A stretch of 64,000 nucleotides of DNA from the human T2T-CHM13v2.0 reference genome, Homo sapiens: the NCBI RefSeq assembly GCF_009914755.1, contig NC_060925.1; one strand, 5' to 3'. How positions within the stretch are numbered: the stretch's first letter is position 1; the number at the start of each line of letters is the position of its first letter. Positions 58,380 through 64,000 of this stretch are shown here, in pieces. Under the pieces are notes generated by a model. It ran no database searches. It saw nothing but the letters and a program-made list of their open reading frames with translations, and was not told the origin of the DNA. The translations under genes and the position numbers were made by a program.

Positions 58380-60245
58380 TCTCCTTTGAAATGCTGATTC
58401 CTTTAAATCATTTTTGTGCTGGCAAGGACCTCCAGTGCAATGTTGACCACAAGCTGGAATCCTTGTCTTATTTCTCATTTTAAGGCTAATTTAAGGATGA
58501 TTTTAAAAATTGTATAGTGAAATACCTTTTGATAGATGTCTGATATCAGGTGAAGATTTCTTGTGTTTCTAGTTACTAAGGTTTCTGTTTTCATTTTTAA
58601 ATCATGCTTAGGAGTTGAATTTTATCAACCTCTCCACCTGGAAGATTGTATGATTCTTCTTCTTTAATCTGTTCATGTGGTGAAATATACTAATAGACCT
58701 TCTGATGTTAAACCATCCTTTGTCTCCTGGGATTAAATTTAGTTAGGTCACAATGTGCTATTCTTTATTATGAGTTCTTGGTTTAAGTTTGCTAGTATTT
58801 TAGCAAATGCTAAAATGAGTTAGATTGGCCCATAAATTTCCTTTTTATATTATTTCTGCCTGGTTTTAATATCAAGGTTCTGTTAGCTTCATAAATTGAG
58901 GTGAGAATAAGTCCTTATTGTTCTTTGGAACCCTTCATAAAAGGTAGGGATTAACTATTAGCTGACTGTTTGGTGGAAGTAACCTGTAAAATCATCTGGC
59001 CCTAGGAAGTATTTTTGGTAAGTAGGCTTTTAACTAGTGATTGAATATATTTAATGATTTCAGATTTATTTAGGTTTTCTGTTTGTTCCATGGATCCATT
59101 TGAATAATTGTATTTTTTCTAGAACATTGTCCATTCTGTTTTGCTTTAAATATATTGCACCAACTATTTCTTAATATTTTATTTTTCTAAGTCTCTGTTG
59201 TATCTGAAATTTGACTGATTTTTATTTCTAATATTAATCCTTATCTTTTTTTATGATCACTCTTGCTAGAGTTTTGTGTCTTTTCAGAGAACCAGTTTGT
59301 GGCACTTTTGAACATCTATTGTGTATATTTTTTCTATTCCAATAATTTCTGTTCTCTTAATTATTTCCTTCCTTGTATTTTCTTGTGTTTACATTTTAGG
59401 TCTTTTCAAACTTCTTAATTTAGATGTGTAGCTCATTAATTTTTATCCTTTCCTTTTCTTATATATCTGCATATAAATCTATAGATTTCTCGCCAGGTAG
59501 TGTTTAGCTGCTTACTACAATTTTTGAAATTTAACAATTTTATTACCATTCAGTTCTGTTTCCTATTCTTCATCATGTTTTTTTTTTTTTTGAGCTATTT
59601 AAAAGTGTGTTTTACATTTTAGAATGCAGGGAATCTTATTGTTTTGTATCATTGATTTCTAACTTAATTGTATTGTGACCAAATAATATGGTCTAGTACA
59701 TGATGTTAATAAATATTTCACATATACGTGAGAAGAATGTACATTTACTAGCTTGGAAGTGTAGGTTCCATGAGAGCTGATTGGATTATGCTTGTTAATT
59801 GTATTTTGCAATGTCTATAGTCATTATCTTTTCTTCATCTCAAATAATTCCAACATTCAGCAAGTATATATTAGGCAGCTGTTATGTGCCAGATACTGTT
59901 CTATGCTTAAAATACACCTGTGAATCAAATAGACAAAGACAATTAAACATTTTAGATACTATCTAGAAAGGGGAACAGGCGGGGAGACAAATAAAAACTC
60001 ACAAAGAATCTTATTTTATCACATGAGCATTAAAAAGGTCGCTTTGTGATTGTGAGCTTGAATAAGCCTGCCAATTTTTGCTTGAGGCCAATCTATGTTA
60101 TTAGATTCATACAAATTTAGTATTGTATTTTCCTGGTGACTTAAAAAATAATTTTGTGACAGCCCTCTTCATTCCTAATAATGCACTTTGCCTTAAAATT
60201 TATTTTGTCTTATGTTAGTATAGCTACACTAACTTTTTGGTTAAT
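58380..60245 (-). mobile_element. Old L1M (ME/MC-age) ORF2 fragments with an L2 3' end inserted at ~59840-59980
   Basis: gctggcaaggacctccagtgcaatgttga..gagttgaattttatcaa..atcaaggttctgttagcttcataa. Confidence 0.7.
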
Positions 60246-60550
60246 ATTTTTTATTGATACATAATATTTATACGTATTTATGGAGTACATGTGATATTCT
60301 ATTACACGCATAGCATATGTAATTATCAAATCAGAGTATTTAGGATATTCATCATCACAAGTGTATATCATTTATGTGTTGAGAACATTCCAAGTCCTCA
60401 CTTCTAGCTATTTTGAAATATACAATATATTGTTGCTAACTATAGTCACCATACTCTAGTATTGAACATTAGAATTTATTCCTTCTATCTAACTGTATGT
60501 TTGTACCCATTAGCCAACCTTTCTTCATCCTCTCTCCCCAACCCCCACCA

Positions 60551-60587
<37 letters not shown>

Positions 60588-63500
60588 GACACACACACAA
60601 ACACACACACACAAACATTATTTCCACCGTCTGGTATATATCATTCTACTAACTACCTCCGTGAGATAAACTTTTTAAACTCCTATTTATGAGCAAGTAC
60701 ATGCAATATTTGTCTTCCTGTGTTTGGCTTACTTGACTTAACATAGTGATTTCCAGTTCTATCCATGTTGCTGCAAATGACATGATTTTATTCTTTTTTT
60801 ATGGCAGATAGTATTCCACTGTGTAAATATACCACCTTTTCTTTATCTATTCATCCATTTAGAACATTTAGGTTGATTCCATATCTTTGCTATTGTAAAT
60901 AGTACTACAATAAACATGGGAGCGCGTGTGTCTCTTTGATATACTGATTTCCTTTTCTTTGACTGAATACCCAGTAACGAAGTAGTTCTAGTTTTAGTAT
61001 TTTTAGAAATTGCCATACTGTTTTCCATAATAGCTGTGCTGATTTACATTCCCACCAAGAGTGTATGTTCCCTTTTCTCCACATCCTCACCGCCATCAAC
61101 AGATTAAATCTCATTACTCATTATTGGTTGGTTCAGGTTTTTTATTTCTTTCTGATTCAATCTTCGTAGGTTGTATTGTCCAGGAATGTATCCATTTCTT
61201 CTAGGTTTTCTAGTTTGTTAGTGCATAGTTTTTCATAATAAGCTCTGATGTTTTGTATTTCTGTATTAGTTGTAATATCTTTTTTATTTCTGATTTTGTT
61301 TAAGTCTTCTGTCTTCCTGATTAGTCTTACGATTGTCTTATTGATTTTATTTATCTTTTTAAAAATGCAACTTTTCATTTGGTGATCTTTTGTATTGTCT
61401 TTTTCATCTCCATTTCATTTAGTTCCACTCTTATCTTTATTATTTATTTCCTTCTATTAATTCTGGGTTTTGTTTGTTCTTACATCTCTAGTTCCTTGAG
61501 ATCCATCATTGTATTGTTTATTTAAAATCTTTCTATTTCTTTTGATGTAGGCAATTATTGCTATAAACCTTTATCAGCACTGTTTTCACTTTATTTCATA
61601 GGTTTTGGTACATTGTGTTTTGATTTCTGTTTTTTTCAAGAAATTTTTAAATTTTCTCCTTAATTTTTCTCTTGACTCAATTGTGATTCAGGAGCATATT
61701 TTTCACTTTCCATGTATTTGTACTGTTTCCAAAATATCTCTTGTTATTGATTTCTGTTTTTATTCTATTGTTGTCTGAAAAGATACTTGATATGATTTTG
61801 ATTTTTAAAAATTTTTTGAGATTTGTTTTGTGTCCTACTATATGGTCTACCCTAGACATGTTCTGTGTGCTGATTAAGAATAATGTTTATTCTTTAGCTG
61901 TTGGATGAAATGTTTTGTAAATGTCTGTTAGGTCTATTTGGTCTAATATGCAGTTTAAATCCAATGTTTCTTCGTTAATTTTCAGTCTAGATGATCTGTC
62001 TTATGCTTAGAGTGGAGTGTAGAAGTCCCAACTATTCCTGTATTAGAGTCTTTCCCTTCAGGTCTAATAATATTTGCTTTATATATCTGGGTGCTCTGGT
62101 GTTGGGAGCACACATGAGGATACAATCATTACAATCATTATATCCTCTTGATGAACTGACACCTCTTTCATTATATAATAATTTTGTCAGTTTTTATTAC
62201 TTAAAGTCTGTTTTATCTGTTGTAAGTATAGCTACTCCTACTCACTTTTGAGCACCATTTACATGGAACATCTTTTTCCATTCCTTTATTTTCAGTTTAT
62301 ATATGTCTTTATAGGTGAGAATTTCTTGTAAGCAGCATATAGTTAGATCATTTTCAAAAATTCATTCAGCCAGTCTATATTTTTTAAGTGCAAAGTTTAA
62401 TCTGTTTACCTTCAAGGTTATTACTGACATGTGAGGGCTTCTTATCATTTTATTACTTGATTCCTTATTGTTTTTTATATCCTTTTTTCCTTTCTTTTTC
62501 TCTCATAATTTATCTTTGTGGTTTGTTGGCATTCTGTAGTGGTTACATTTAAGAATTTTCCCTTCCTTGTTTCTGTGTTTGCTCCACTAGTGGTTTTTAT
62601 ATTTGCATGTGTTTTCATAATGGTAGTTATTATTCTTTTGCTTTTGGGTGTAGGTCTCCCTTAAGTATTTCTTATAGGGGTGGTCTAGTGGTGCTGTATC
62701 TCTTAGCTTTTGCTCATCTGTGAAAGACATTATATCTCTTTCATTTAGGAAGGATAATTTTGCTGGGCATAATATTTTTGGCTAGCACATTTTTTCTTTT
62801 GGCACTGTGAAGATATCATCCCATTCTCTCCTGTCTTGTTAGGGTTCTGCTGAGAAATCTGCTGTTAGTCTGATGGGGTTCCTTTATATAGGTGGCTAGA
62901 TACTTTTCTCTTGCTGTTTTTAATTTTTTTTCTCTTTGTCTTTGATTTTTGAGTTTGGCTATAATATGCCATGAAGAAGACCTTTTCAAATTGTATTTAT
63001 TTGGGGATCTTTGACTATATAGGAATGTCTAAATATTTTGCTAAGTTTTGAAGTTTTTAACCTATTATTTTATTAAATAGGTTTTCTAATTCTTTCATTT
63101 TTTTTCGTTGTTTCTTGGGACACCAAAATTTGAATATTTGGATGCTTTATGATGTCCCATATGTCTTGAAGGTTTTAATCTTTTTGTTGTTGTTGTTTTT
63201 ATTTTTGTGTGACTGGGTTATTTCAAAAGATCTGTATTCAAGTTCTGAGATTCTTTCTCCTGCTTGTTCTGTCTTACTGTTGAAGGTTTTGAATGTATTT
63301 TGTATATTATTCAATGAATTCGTCAGTTCCAAAATTTCTGCTTTTTAAAAAATTATATCTCTTTGATAAATTTCTCATTCATATCCTGAATTGTTTTTCT
63401 GATTTCTTTGTATCGTTTTTCAGAATCTTCTTTTTTTCACCCATTTTAAATATATACTTTAATGAGTTTTACAGATATGTACAGTTGTTCAGCCATTAAC

Positions 63501-64000
63501 ACAAGATATGCAACATTTCCATGATGCCCCTTCTTGTGTCTCTCTGAGCTTCTTTAGTGATAGTATTTTTAATTTTTCCCTAGGATTTAATGAATTTCCC
63601 CTCCCTCCCTTTCTTCCTTCCTCTCCTTCCTTCCTTCCTTCTTTTGAGACAGGGCTTCACTCTGTCACCCATGCTGGCGTGCAGTGATTTGATCATAGCA
63701 GCCTCTACCACTGGGCTTAAGTGATTCTCCCAACTCAGCCTCCTGTGTAGTTAGGACTATAAGCACATGCCGCTATGTCTGACTAGTAAATTTCTTTTTA
63801 TTGGGATCTGTTGCTGGATAATTATTGTGTTCCTTTCAAGGTGTCAAATATTCTTGCTTTTTCATCTTTCCTGTGTTCTTATGTTGATATCTACACATCT
63901 GGTATAACTGTTGCTTCTTCTAATTTGTTTGAAATTGCTTTTGAAAAGGAGAACTCTTTTCTGACATGTATCTATGGTATTGGTTGGGTAGGGTACTTTG
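60246..64000 (-). mobile_element. L1MA4/5-like element: 3' end joined at ~61097 to ORF2 N-terminal half and ORF1; runs off the window end
   Basis: L1MA 3'UTR at 60246-60900 (CA-repeat at 60551-60612); ORFs [39 protein letters not shown], and ORF1 QAGERISELEYRSFEITQS. Confidence 0.85.
63598..63786 (-). mobile_element. Alu monomer (FRAM/AluJ arm) with (CCTT)n tail
   Basis: ttttgagacagggcttcactctgtcaccca..ctcagcctcctg..ggactataagcac; TSD-like aatgaattt/agtaaattt. Confidence 0.8.

Overview
AT-rich, CpG-depleted primate (probably human or hominoid) nuclear DNA, intronic or intergenic in character and dominated by interspersed repeats. It contains L1 LINEs of many ages (L1PA2 to L1M), Alu S/J SINEs, MIR, L2, MaLR/ERVL solo LTRs, hAT-Charlie and Tigger-type DNA transposon relics, and microsatellites. 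I could not recognise any cellular protein-coding exon, RNA gene or prokaryote-type system. The long ORFs in the track are broken L1 ORF1/ORF2 pieces, one Charlie1 transposase remnant, or chance ORFs. I found no support for a new biological system. The best signals are mutational and retrotransposition structures: (1) an L1PA4-like insertion with a duplicated 5' inversion, an internal ORF1-ORF2 deletion and a probable target-site deletion; (2) a young twin-primed L1PA2 at a palindromic TSD; (3) an ultra-short L1 insertion; (4) several perfect or nested palindromes that overwrite repeat consensus sequence; (5) a diverged ~140-bp local duplication. There are also a few weak candidate regulatory elements and mini-exons. 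Subfamily names come from remembered consensus sequences and boundaries are approximate.
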